A stretch of DNA of 64,000 nucleotides. It comes from Capsulimonadaceae bacterium (GTDB lineage Bacteria; Armatimonadota; Armatimonadia; Armatimonadales; Capsulimonadaceae). The position numbers and the translations under genes were made by a program. Below the pieces are notes generated by a model that was given only the letters and a program-made list of their open reading frames with translations, was not told where the DNA came from and made no database searches. Positions 24,414 to 34,082 of this stretch are shown piece by piece; position 1 is the stretch's first letter, and every line of letters starts with the position of its first letter. Location of the stretch: assembly GCA_965277455.1 (NCBI GenBank), contig OZ255823.1:2438250-2502249 (forward strand), in the 5' to 3' direction.

Positions 24414-27400
24414 CTACGGCACTGTGGGCAGGCCGGTCCCCGTCGCGGGCGTGGTCGGTGTCACCGTCGTGCTGGTCCCCGTCGGGATTTCCAGCGTGGC
24501 AGGCACGCGGACCCGGAGCCAGTAGGCTGTCCACGGGCTGAGGACCGCGCTGTCGCTGACCGGCTGGTACGTGTTGCTTGCGCTGTCGTACCGGTAGATG
24601 TTCGTGACACCCGGCGTCAGGATCGCGTACTGCGAGGTGGACGCGGCGGCATAGGTGATCTTTCCACCCGCACCGTTGTCAAACATCAGGCTGGACACCG
24701 GCACGCCGCTCGGGTTAGGAACGCCGATCATGTTCCAGGTCGGGTTCAGCGGCTGAGGCACGAAGCCGCCGGGCGCGTTGGTTCCCTGCTGCGTGACGGG
24801 CACGGCGTTCTTCAGGAAGACCCAGTAGCCCTGGCCGAGACGAACTGTGTCGGCAGGGGCGGTCGGGTCCAGCTTGTAGACGGCGGCGACGGGGTCCCAC
24901 ACCGCGACATGGGAGCGGTTGCCGTTCGGGTCCGAGCCGCCTGCCGACGAGTTGAGCGTTCCGAGGAGGCCGTCGAAGCCAAGCCCACTGTAGTCGTAGG
25001 GCGTCGAGAAGAACTGAAGTCCTGCCTGGAACACATACAGCGCGGGCAGGCCGTTCGTGGCTCCTGCAAAGTCAACCCGCGTGAACACGCCGCCTTTAAC
25101 GACGACCGTCTGAGGCGTGGACTTGCGGGTCCCTTTCGTGACGGTCACGGTGTAGGTTCCGCTGATGACCTGACCCGTGTAGTTCAGAGCCTTGCCGTCT
25201 GGTCCGGTCGAGGCGGCAGTGCTGGTCGTATAGGACGCCACGACGGTTCCGGCGGAGTTCATGACATTGACCGTTGCGCCGCCCACCGGAGTGGTGCTGC
25301 CCGCAACGGCGTCCGTGACGAGGCCGCCGATGGTTCCGATGCTGCTGGTCAGCGAGAGGTCGACTCGCTTTGGCAGGGCGTTGGTGACTGTGAAGGCCGC
25401 AGAGATCGACTGCGTAAAATTGGCCTTCGTCGCGGTCAGCGTGTACGTGCCGGGCGGCAGGCTGAACGTGTAGTTCTGGAGCGCCCCGTCCAGTCCGGCG
25501 CTGGTGCTCGTGCCGGTGGTGATGATAGTCGGCGTCGTGGTTACCGCCGTGCCGCCCGCATTGGCAACAGTCAGCGTGACGCCTGAGAGCGGCGCACCGG
25601 TCACGCTGTCTGTGATCAGGCCATAGACCGTGGCTTTTTCGTTCAGCACCAGCGCCACAGGGGTGTTGGTGTCGCCCAGCTCGACCGCCGCCGAGTTGAC
25701 CCCGTCAAAGAACCCGGCAGCCGTCGCGGTGAGGGTGTAGGTTCCGGGCGCGAGGCCCGGCGAGGTGTAGACACCTGCGACGTTCGCGGTTACGATGGTG
25801 GACGCGCCGCCCGCCGCCGGGGTGATGGTCACCGTGGCATTGGTGATTGGTGCACCGCCGGCGGCATCGGTCACCGTCACGGCAAAGGTCGGCAGGATTT
25901 GCGTGAGCGTGAAGTTGGCAGTCGCCGTGGTGTTGGGCGAGACCGTCACCGTCTGAGCAGGGGGCGAAGTGTATTCGGGGTTGCCATTGGTGTTGCTTGG
26001 CCCGACGACCATGCCGCTGTAGTTTCCGGCAGGAACGCTGCCCATCGGGATTGCATACGCACCCTTGCCGTCGGTGACCGCCATGCGTGTAGTAGTTCCA
26101 TCCGTAGAGGTAAACGTCACGGTTGCACCGGGGACTACCGCTTTAAGGTTGTCAAAGACGGTTCCGCTGATTGTGCCGGGCAGGAGCTTCGGCAGGGCAA
26201 AGTCTCCATACGCGATGGTATCACCGTTGTAAAAGGTGATTTGCGTGCTTTTGCTGCCCGGTGTGAATGGGTCAATAAACGGGGTGGACTGGTAGCCTGC
26301 TTTTGACGCGATAATGGTATAGGTTCCACCGTCTACCAGAGGAAGGGTCGCTGGCGAGTATACGCCGTTAGCTCCGGTGAGCGCCGTTCCAATCATTTTG
26401 CCCGTGGTGACATCGGTAACGGTGACCAGTGCATTTTGCAGCTTCACGCCGGTTGCGGCATCGAACACGGTTCCCTGAACGGTCGGCGGGATCAGGGTCA
26501 GCGTGAAGTTCTGCGTTAAGGGCGTACCGGGCGTCACAGTGACGTTGACCGCCGCTGTACGGGCCGCCGTCACGCTGCCGTGCTTGTTGGTCTTGCCGAC
26601 GGCGGTGGCCGAGTAGGTCCCGGCGGGTGCGGCGGCAATGTTGTAATTGCCGTTTGCATCCGTCGTGGCCGTCAGCGGCGTGGTGCTGCCGGGGGGCGTG
26701 AAGGTGACGATGGCATTGGCAACCGGTGTTGTGCCGCCGCTATAAATCACCTTGCCGTTGATCGAACCGGGCAGGATGGCGGTCAGGGCCTTGTCCTGAC
26801 CGGTAATCACATCGCCGAGGAACAGCGACAGGGTGAAGTTCTGCGAGGTGAAGCCGGGCGCACTGGCGACGAGTACGATGCGCGTCGCTGTGCCGGGGAA
26901 GGCGGCTACCGGCAGAATGCCCTTCAGGGTATAGGTTCCATCTGCGCCGATAGGCGTGGTAGCAAGCGCAGAGCCGGTCGTCGTGGTGCCATCGGTGGTG
27001 GCGAATGCCTGCACCGCGCCGCCTGCGACTAAGGCTCCGCCTGCGGCGTTGTCAGTCGGGCCGCTGTAAATGCGGCCAGAGACAGTGGCCCCGATCTGGG
27101 TCAGGGTAAAGGTAACACCGCCCGCCTTCGTGCCGTCGCCGGTGGTGACACCGGACTGAACGACGATGCTGGTATCAAACGGCGCATTGGCTTTCGACGC
27201 CGAGATGTACTGCGCCGTTCCCTGATTGTTGAGCGGGCCGGTGGCCGTGGCGACGGTGTAGGTAGTCACGGGCACGCTGGAGAACAGGAAGCCGCCCTTC
27301 GTTTGACCGGCCTGCGTTCCATCGAAGGTCGTGGTGGTACGTGTGACCGTGTTATCCTGCGATGTGACCGTAACGGTCGCGCCGGGAATTGTCGCTCCGG

Positions 27401-30400
27401 TGTTGTCCACGACGATGCCCGCGATGTTGCCCGGCGGGACCGGGTTAATGGTCAGCGTAGCGTTGGCGGCGGTGGTGTCGCCTTCCACGGTGAACGAGAC
27501 GTTGCTGTTGGAGACGGCGCGGGTGTAGCCGTTCTTGTAGGCGATGACGCGGTACGTGCCCGGCTCGACGCCGCTGATAACGAAGTCGCCAGACTGCGAG
27601 GTCGTCGCGCTGAAGACCGCCCGAGACGGAGGCGTCTGGCCGTTGATATCCTGCACATAGACGGTTGCGCCGGGAACGCCCGAGTTTGCGTTCTGCCCGT
27701 TGCCAGCCGCCGTCTGCGTGATTTTGCCGGTGATGAAGCCGCTACGCAGGTAGGAAACGATGTTGTGAATGACCGCCGAGCGGACGTTGCGCGGAATAAT
27801 TTCCGGCACAAACAGGTCATAGGCCGGGTTCTGCGATGGGTTAGGCGCGTCGGAACTGTAGTAGTCCTGCGACAGTGCGCCGAGGTTGAAACCGGCATAG
27901 ACTGTCCGGCTGCCCGTGCCGCCGTTCGGAAGCTGGGGCGCGGCCCCATTGGCGGGCTGGACGTAAGGATCGCTGTGAAAGACCAGCGCATTGCCGCCGT
28001 TGTCATATGTCGCGCCGACAATCGCCCCGTTCAAGGGGGTGATTACGTCGGGTTGTCCCTGAATACTAGCCCCGGTTGGCAGACGGTTAGCCGGGATTTC
28101 GTCAAAGGCCCCGTCATTCTGGTCCGTGCTGGTCAGCCGGAGGCGGTCCTGGAAGGGGAACACGCCGTTGATAATCTGGAAGCCGCTGCCGAAGCCGCCA
28201 GCCATGCTCAGATACTGAACACCGCCGTTGTTAAAGCCGCCGAGTGACCCGTCAAACAGGGCGTTGCCGAAGATGCGGTTGTTGGTGCCATTCAGCGTGG
28301 TCGTTCCCGTCTGGGCGGGGTTGAACGAGGCATTCAGAACGTCCGGCAGGAAGCCGCCGGGCGTATTGCCGGAAACCCCGGCAAGTGTCAGCGTGGAGCC
28401 GACATCCTGGCCGGTGATGCAGAGGCGTCCGCCGTTCGACACGAAGGAGCGGAGTGCCTGCTGCGTGCGGACGCGGTTGTTGACGTTGGGAACGCCGGTC
28501 AGGTCCAGGTCATCAAGCGTACCGGGGTCGACCAGCAGGCTGCCCGTGTAGGGAGCCAGCCAGATGATGCAGCGGTGCGCGTCCAGCACAAGCTGGGCAG
28601 GTACGGTTCCGGCCCCGCCGGTAGCAGGGTCGACAACGACAGGCTGCTGGGTCAAGGTAGGCTGGTAGGACTGAAGCAGTGTATCGGGCACGGGGCCACG
28701 AGACAGGATGCGCCAGATCGTGTATTTCTGCGAGTTGACGAACGGAACACTCACAGAAGTGCCCGTAATCGGGTCTGCAAATGTGTTGCGTCCGCCGTCG
28801 TCAATAACCCCATCGTAGTAAGAGCCAACCCCGAGGCCGTTCTCGTGGCGTATTCCGCCAGGATTCATAGAAAACGTGCTTCCAAGCTGGGTCCGGGTTC
28901 CTGATCCCAGGAAGGGGTTCAGAATGGGGAAGAAGTTGTAGCTCGTCGGCGAGTCGGGAGCGCCAGCGTAGACACGGTCGGGCAGGATGCTGACATCCAC
29001 GTCTGTCAGGTAGGACTCAGTCCCAAATTGCTTGGGGATCAGGTTCTGGTTGGTGTTCTGCCCGCCAAAGGTGGTGGCGGCGAACTTCTGGCCGAGGGCG
29101 TAGTCGGAAACGACCAGAATATCGTTGTTGGGCAGCGTCTGCTGCGTGCTGAAACCGCCGACGTTATCGTAGATGCGGAAGTTGAACTTCTGACCGTCGT
29201 AGGTGGAAGTCCCTGCGGGCAGGGTCGGGAAGACGGCCTTGTCGTAGGCGATGACGTCCAGATAGAAGTCGCTGGGCGAGGCGGGCGTCTTCCAGGTGAC
29301 GGTGTAAAGAACGCCGCCCTTGTTATCCTGCAAGGCTTGCGGGACACGCACCATTTGCAGGTACTCGGCAGGGGCGGTGACGTTGCCGTTGGCATCCATC
29401 GTGTTCGCGGTCGGGCGGGGCGGGCGTGTCTGGCCACTGAATGCCTGCTGGTCATCCACACCGGCGAGGTAGAACGGCGAGCGGTAGTCGGTGATCACTG
29501 TATCCGTGCCATTGCCGCCGCCCGTGGCGTACTGCGGGTTGACAAACTGGGCCTCATATTCGGCACTGAACGGGACGAATCGGGCCGGGTTGCCGCCGAC
29601 ACTAGCGGCGGCAATCGGGTTCGGGTTATTGCCGCCGCCCGTCTTGCCGACAAAGATGAGCGCATCATCCGGGTTGTTGCCGTTAGGAAAGCCATAATGG
29701 CCGCCGTGCGAGCCGCGCTGGGTCACGCGCTGGGCGATGCCGGGCGTCCCCTGATCCGGCGTGCCATAGGACGGGTACGTGTACTGGTTGACTGATTGGC
29801 TGCTTCCGTTCCCAAAGCCTTCATAGAGACCGAAGCCAAGTCCGAAGTTTCCAACTCTGCCGTCTGCGGTTCCGGTGGTGTTGGCTTCGGAGACAGGCTG
29901 GTTAGCCTGGCCGATGAACTGCCGGTCGCGGGAGAAGACCTTGTGCTCAAAGCCCTGGGCATCCTGATATTTGGAGTCCGGGTCTTTGATTTGCAGATAC
30001 ACTTTGGGGCTGTTGACACCCGCGACGGCATTAGGGTTAGTCGCTGCTGCGCCGGTGTCGTCGATGTTCGCTTCGCGGTTGGACAGGCGTACCGTAATGG
30101 TGATGTTCTGGCTGCCGGTGACGGCCAGCTTATTGGACGTGCCGTTGACCGGGTTCAGCGACTGGCCGTTGGCATCCACGGCTCCGGCGGCCTGGATGTG
30201 AAGCACCTGGTCCGGTGCAAAGCGCAGCAGGGTCGGCGGGTCGAGGTTCAGCACCTGCGACTGGAAGAGGCCCGAATAGTTCGCGCCGACGGTGTAAAAT
30301 TGGTTGTTTGGGTCGGACGTATTGGCCGTGCCGCCCTGCGGGATAGAAATGGCGACTTCAGACGGGTTGGCAGTCGTCGGGTCGTTATAGGTGACGCTGC

Positions 30401-32195
30401 GCCCGCCGGCAATAGTGCCTGCGGCCAGCGTACCGTCGGCGCTCAGGCTGTATGTGCCGGAGGTCAGTGCGCCATTGGTGAAGTTGCCGGTCTGGTAGGC
30501 GATGCTGAACACGGATAGGAACGGCGACCAGGTCGGGTACACGTTGTCATAGACATTGCCCGTGTCATCGGTGTTGAGCTTGACCACAGTGTTAGTCGTC
30601 GCGCCAACTGCTGTGCCCTCGGCAAGCACCGTATCCGGGTTTGCGGATGTGCTGGCGGTACGCACGGTTTGCAGGTAGTAGATGTCATGCGCGGCGGCCT
30701 GACTCGCACCACGGGCGAAGGCGAGGTACTGGAAGCCAGGGGCAGGGTTGATATACTGGTTGCGGGCAGACAGCGTGATATAGCTCCAGGCTGGGCCGAA
30801 GTTGTCGGTTCCCGCCGCCGTGACACGTCCATTGCCATTGGCATTGCCTGCAAGCGCGTTCGGCACGACGCCGAAGCCCGAGGCCGTGCCGCTGCCACCG
30901 CCGCTGATCAGGAACAGGGAGCGCAGGCTGTTGACGGTCGTGCCAGCGGCCGCAGTCGTCAGCGACTGGGACTGGTTTGGGTCCTGCATGGCGGTGGGCG
31001 GATTCGGGCCAAAGCTGTTGCTGGGGTTGTTCGAAACGCCATTGGCCGTGGAGGCGAACGCAATAAACTGGCCGTCCTGCGACCACGCGGGGTCGGTATC
31101 GTCGGCGGGGCCATCGGTCAGCTTGCCGGGAAACGAAAAATTGTTGTTCGGGTCAAAGCCGAGGCTGTTGGTATACAGGAAATACAGGTGGTAGTGTCCA
31201 CCATTCGTGCCGGAGTTGGGAAAGCCGATGGTGGAAAAAGCTGAAAACACGACGAGACCGTCGTTGCCAGGCGAGAAAGTGGGCCGCTGAACGTTGCCGA
31301 AGCCAGTCTGAGATGAGCTGATGGTCTGATTCGGGTCGCGGAGTGTCACCGAAGTGATACCGTTCAGCCGGGGGTTTGACTGGGAAACATCCAGTAGGTA
31401 GGGCGGATTTGTCGTGCTTAACTGGGCATTGTTATAGGCCACCAGAGCATTGAACGAGAAGCCGCCGGCGGAGGTGGTTCCCGCGACGCTGGCTCCGAGC
31501 ACGAACAGGTTGCGCGTGCCGGGCGACTGCCCATCGGACACGAAGGCCAGCTTGCTGTTGTTGGCGGACAGGGCCGGGAAGAACTCGCCCCGGATATTGG
31601 GGTCGGTATTGGAGTCGCCGGTGATCTGGTAGGCTTCGCCGCCGGAGGCGGGAATCGCCCACAAATGGAACCGGCCATCGGGCTGGACGCCGCCCCGGAC
31701 GGTGCGGTTGGACGAGAAGACGATAAACGTCTGGTCGGCGGACCACACCGGGGTCAGGTTGGTGGGGGTCAGGTTGTTGATGAACACCGCCGAGTTGGTC
31801 GAGTCGTTGTTCAGGTTGGTAGGGGTTCCATAACCAATCAGCGGCTCAAACGCGGGAAGCGGGTTGCCGATGTCGAACGTCTGCGTGGCGTTCGGGATGG
31901 GCACGGTATTGGCGGTGGTGGCGGCGTTGGCACGCTGCAGCGCCCCGGACCGAAGCAGGCTGTGGTCAATCAGCGTGCGTCCGTTAGGCAGGTTGCGGTA
32001 GCCCGTTCGGGACGCATTGGCGGGGCCAGCGGCCTTGATAGGGGCGGCACTCAGCAGCGAGCGCAGAGTCAGTGCATCGCCGATGCTGGCCTGTGCCTGC
32101 GGCATGAGGCCAGCCAGGAGCGACAGGAGCAGCAGGGTGAAAATCAGGAAACGGGACGGGCGCGAAGCGCCGCAAGCAGTGCGTTTTGCGTTCAA
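24414..32195 (-). CDS. Giant secreted multidomain protein A (~2,593 aa): PD40 propeller, unnamed ~1,000-aa core, ~9 CarboxypepD_reg-like repeats, conserved C-terminal module
   Basis: Track ORF runs to 32384. I place the start at TTG 32193-32195 because GGGAGG lies 11 nt upstream, the context matches the giant B start, and a signal peptide follows immediately (RPSRFLIFTLLLLSLLAGLMPQAQA). Core motifs shared with giant B: LNLDPPTL, QIKDPDSKYQDA, FYLDVIAYDKAVFP, SDYALGQKFA, GGRLCITGQDVGS. Confidence 0.75.
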   Translation of the reverse strand: MNAKRTACGASRPSRFLIFTLLLLSLLAGLMPQAQASIGDALTLRSLLSAAPIKAAGPANASRTGYRNLPNGRTLIDHSLLRSGALQRANAATTANTVPIPNATQTFDIGNPLPAFEPLIGYGTPTNLNNDSTNSAVFINNLTPTNLTPVWSADQTFIVFSSNRTVRGGVQPDGRFHLWAIPASGGEAYQITGDSNTDPNIRGEFFPALSANNSKLAFVSDGQSPGTRNLFVLGASVAGTTSAGGFSFNALVAYNNAQLSTTNPPYLLDVSQSNPRLNGITSVTLRDPNQTISSSQTGFGNVQRPTFSPGNDGLVVFSAFSTIGFPNSGTNGGHYHLYFLYTNSLGFDPNNNFSFPGKLTDGPADDTDPAWSQDGQFIAFASTANGVSNNPSNSFGPNPPTAMQDPNQSQSLTTAAAGTTVNSLRSLFLISGGGSGTASGFGVVPNALAGNANGNGRVTAAGTDNFGPAWSYITLSARNQYINPAPGFQYLAFARGASQAAAHDIYYLQTVRTASTSANPDTVLAEGTAVGATTNTVVKLNTDDTGNVYDNVYPTWSPFLSVFSIAYQTGNFTNGALTSGTYSLSADGTLAAGTIAGGRSVTYNDPTTANPSEVAISIPQGGTANTSDPNNQFYTVGANYSGLFQSQVLNLDPPTLLRFAPDQVLHIQAAGAVDANGQSLNPVNGTSNKLAVTGSQNITITVRLSNREANIDDTGAAATNPNAVAGVNSPKVYLQIKDPDSKYQDAQGFEHKVFSRDRQFIGQANQPVSEANTTGTADGRVGNFGLGFGLYEGFGNGSSQSVNQYTYPSYGTPDQGTPGIAQRVTQRGSHGGHYGFPNGNNPDDALIFVGKTGGGNNPNPIAAASVGGNPARFVPFSAEYEAQFVNPQYATGGGNGTDTVITDYRSPFYLAGVDDQQAFSGQTRPPRPTANTMDANGNVTAPAEYLQMVRVPQALQDNKGGVLYTVTWKTPASPSDFYLDVIAYDKAVFPTLPAGTSTYDGQKFNFRIYDNVGGFSTQQTLPNNDILVVSDYALGQKFAATTFGGQNTNQNLIPKQFGTESYLTDVDVSILPDRVYAGAPDSPTSYNFFPILNPFLGSGTRTQLGSTFSMNPGGIRHENGLGVGSYYDGVIDDGGRNTFADPITGTSVSVPFVNSQKYTIWRILSRGPVPDTLLQSYQPTLTQQPVVVDPATGGAGTVPAQLVLDAHRCIIWLAPYTGSLLVDPGTLDDLDLTGVPNVNNRVRTQQALRSFVSNGGRLCITGQDVGSTLTLAGVSGNTPGGFLPDVLNASFNPAQTGTTTLNGTNNRIFGNALFDGSLGGFNNGGVQYLSMAGGFGSGFQIINGVFPFQDRLRLTSTDQNDGAFDEIPANRLPTGASIQGQPDVITPLNGAIVGATYDNGGNALVFHSDPYVQPANGAAPQLPNGGTGSRTVYAGFNLGALSQDYYSSDAPNPSQNPAYDLFVPEIIPRNVRSAVIHNIVSYLRSGFITGKITQTAAGNGQNANSGVPGATVYVQDINGQTPPSRAVFSATTSQSGDFVISGVEPGTYRVIAYKNGYTRAVSNSNVSFTVEGDTTAANATLTINPVPPGNIAGIVVDNTGATIPGATVTVTSQDNTVTRTTTTFDGTQAGQTKGGFLFSSVPVTTYTVATATGPLNNQGTAQYISASKANAPFDTSIVVQSGVTTGDGTKAGGVTFTLTQIGATVSGRIYSGPTDNAAGGALVAGGAVQAFATTDGTTTTGSALATTPIGADGTYTLKGILPVAAFPGTATRIVLVASAPGFTSQNFTLSLFLGDVITGQDKALTAILPGSINGKVIYSGGTTPVANAIVTFTPPGSTTPLTATTDANGNYNIAAAPAGTYSATAVGKTNKHGSVTAARTAAVNVTVTPGTPLTQNFTLTLIPPTVQGTVFDAATGVKLQNALVTVTDVTTGKMIGTALTGANGVYSPATLPLVDGGTYTIIASKAGYQSTPFIDPFTPGSKSTQITFYNGDTIAYGDFALPKLLPGTISGTVFDNLKAVVPGATVTFTSTDGTTTRMAVTDGKGAYAIPMGSVPAGNYSGMVVGPSNTNGNPEYTSPPAQTVTVSPNTTATANFTLTQILPTFAVTVTDAAGGAPITNATVTITPAAGGASTIVTANVAGVYTSPGLAPGTYTLTATAAGFFDGVNSAAVELGDTNTPVALVLNEKATVYGLITDSVTGAPLSGVTLTVANAGGTAVTTTPTIITTGTSTSAGLDGALQNYTFSLPPGTYTLTATKANFTQSISAAFTVTNALPKRVDLSLTSSIGTIGGLVTDAVAGSTTPVGGATVNVMNSAGTVVASYTTSTAASTGPDGKALNYTGQVISGTYTVTVTKGTRKSTPQTVVVKGGVFTRVDFAGATNGLPALYVFQAGLQFFSTPYDYSGLGFDGLLGTLNSSAGGSDPNGNRSHVAVWDPVAAVYKLDPTAPADTVRLGQGYWVFLKNAVPVTQQGTNAPGGFVPQPLNPTWNMIGVPNPSGVPVSSLMFDNGAGGKITYAAASTSQYAILTPGVTNIYRYDSASNTYQPVSDSAVLSPWTAYWLRVRVPATLEIPTGTSTTVTPTTPATGTGLPTVP

Positions 32196-32419
32196 GACGG
32201 ATACAACCTCCCTGGTTGTGCGCGGCTCTCGGGGGGAGCGGCCAAGAAACGATGCGTTGAAAAACGATACAGTGAAGCGCGGTGAATGGATACTCACGAA
32301 AAAGCTCTCTTTGAAAAGGACGGTTAATGTCAACGGGCAGCCGAAACGGTGCCGGGCACGAAGCAAGTATTGGGGGGTAAACAATGCAATTTTGTGGCCC
32401 TGAAACTAAGGGATGAGTG

Positions 32420-32448
32420 ATTATAACACAGCCCCCGAAGTTTGGCAA
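32420..32448 (-). promoter_or_regulatory. Sigma70-type promoter of giant A
   Basis: On the minus strand: TTGCCA, 17-nt spacer, TATAAT (plus-strand ATTATA at 32420-32425, TGGCAA at 32443-32448). This predicts a leader of roughly 215 nt. Confidence 0.55.
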
Positions 32449-32518
32449 GCGGGTACAGGCGTGTTTTCGTAAAAATTCATCGCCCGTTTATCTTTGACCG
32501 CCGCTTTGGCTGAGAGCT

Positions 32519-33985
32519 TCAATTTTCAAGAAACTTTTTTTCGGAAGTTTGGATGGCCTGCGGGCGCACGAAGACGAAGGCCAGGAGTGTGCCGAGGCTG
32601 ACTAAAATGGAGGCGGCCACAAAGGGGGCGATGTGGCCGAGCTTGTCGTAGAGCACGCCGCTGACGGCCACGCCGCCGAGTGCCCCGATGCCCTGCGCCG
32701 TGGAGACGGCGGCAAAGACTGTGCCCCGGCGCTCTTCGCCGCCCAAATCGGCCAGCAGGGCAAGCCAGGCGGGAAAAGCCGCGACAAAGCCGACGCCCAG
32801 CACCGTCACCGCGCCGATGAAGCCCAGAATACCGACCTGGAAGTGATGCAGAATGGGAATGCCCCACAGCCCGAGAGCGCAGAGGGCGAAGCCCGCTCGC
32901 ACCGACTGCGTCTTGCCCCAGCGGTCCGCGAGATGCCCGACGGGGACAGAAATCAGGGCAATCACGAACGCCGGACCGAGGGCATGAATGCCAAAGGCGG
33001 TTTCGGTCATGCCATATTCGTCGAGCGCGAATTTCTTGACCAGCGGCATGATGCAGCCGATACCGAGAAAGGTGACGACGGCCAGCCCCAGAAACTGCGG
33101 CACGGTGCGAATGGCATCCAGGAAGCCGGACCAGTTCACCGATTCATGGGAGGCTTCTCCGTCGGTGGCAGCGGCGGCGGCCACAACTCCAGGCCGGCGG
33201 CGCTCGCGGACGGCCAGCGCGGCAAAGGTCGCCAGCGCAAACAGGAGGCTTGCCAGAATAAACGAGGGGTAGTAGTAGCCGGGGTGGTGCGTGATAGGGA
33301 CGGGCGGTGGTCCCGCCACCACATGGGCGGCGTGCCCCCGGTGAATATGCGCCCCGACCTGCTTGCCAATTCTGTGAAGCTGACCGCCAATGGTCATTTC
33401 ATGGGCAAAAACCGGCCCGAAGGCACTGTCTACGAGGCCGCCAATCAGCAGCGACAGGGACAGGCCCGCCATGTAAACGACGTTTAAAAGCCCCATGGCC
33501 GCGCCCCGGCTTTTTTCCGCCACGACATCGCCAACATACGCATACAGGGAGGGCCAGATCGCCGCCTGCCCCGCGCCGTCCACCGCCCGCAGGATACCAA
33601 ACACCAGCAGCGTGATAATGGCCGTCGCCGCCGCCGGGTCGTAGTGAACACTAATCAAAATCAGCGGTGTGAAGACGGTCACCAGCGCCCCACCAAGCAT
33701 CAGGGGCCGCCGCCCTATTTTGTCTGCCAGGACGCCGAGGGGAGATTTGAACAGCACTTCGCTGATAAAGAACGGCAGCATCAGGAGCGTGTAGACGCTT
33801 GTGTGGATTTTCAGCCCCGTCGTGAAGTAAATCGGCAGCGCGGAGTTGCTGAGGACGGAGATGCCCAGCTCCGAGCACGCGGCAATCAGAACGACCGGCA
33901 GGATGGCGGCAATCCAGCCGCCCTTCTTAACGGCGGGGTCAGCGGCGGGCGGGACGGGCTGAGACTCGGGGTAGGTTTGGCTCAT
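32519..33985 (-). CDS. MFS transporter
   Basis: About 12-14 hydrophobic helices. MFS motif A is present in GVLADKIGRRPLM. Confidence 0.8.
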   Translation of the reverse strand: MSQTYPESQPVPPAADPAVKKGGWIAAILPVVLIAACSELGISVLSNSALPIYFTTGLKIHTSVYTLLMLPFFISEVLFKSPLGVLADKIGRRPLMLGGALVTVFTPLILISVHYDPAAATAIITLLVFGILRAVDGAGQAAIWPSLYAYVGDVVAEKSRGAAMGLLNVVYMAGLSLSLLIGGLVDSAFGPVFAHEMTIGGQLHRIGKQVGAHIHRGHAAHVVAGPPPVPITHHPGYYYPSFILASLLFALATFAALAVRERRRPGVVAAAAATDGEASHESVNWSGFLDAIRTVPQFLGLAVVTFLGIGCIMPLVKKFALDEYGMTETAFGIHALGPAFVIALISVPVGHLADRWGKTQSVRAGFALCALGLWGIPILHHFQVGILGFIGAVTVLGVGFVAAFPAWLALLADLGGEERRGTVFAAVSTAQGIGALGGVAVSGVLYDKLGHIAPFVAASILVSLGTLLAFVFVRPQAIQTSEKKFLEN

Positions 33986-34002
33986 GGCAGTTATGGAGGG
34001 TA

Positions 34003-34044
34003 CACAAAGGGAAAACGGAAAGAGGGCGCGGCAAGCAGCGCCCC
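34003..34044 (-). terminator. Candidate intrinsic terminator after 34081..35163
   Basis: GGGCGC-GGCAAGCA-GCGCCC hairpin, followed on the minus strand by the T-rich CTCTTTCCGTTTTCCCTTT. Confidence 0.45.
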
Positions 34045-34049
34045 TACTC

Positions 34050-34082
34050 TTGTCCCCCCATTATTGGGGGTTAGGGGGTCCT
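34050..34082. repeat. Family A solo arm (half element)
   Basis: TTGTCCCCCCATTATTGGGGGTTAGGGGGTCC matches only the right arm of A1/A2. It overlaps the stop of 34081..35163. Confidence 0.7.

Noticed and set aside
16297-25586. Many 100-570-aa plus-strand ORFs inside the giant genes (for example 17431..18594, 19630..20613, 21064..22788, 23182..24144, 24342..25586)
   Set aside because: All are antisense to continuous 7.8-kb ORFs with recognisable repeats. Their translations are Arg/Gly/Ala/Asp-rich low-complexity sequence with no motifs.
32196-32384. N-terminal extension of giant A in the ORF track (TTG at 32384)
   Set aside because: The extension has no SD and precedes the signal peptide by about 85 residues. 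It also overlaps the predicted leader downstream of the TATAAT promoter. TTG 32195, with GGGAGG upstream, matches the giant B start context.
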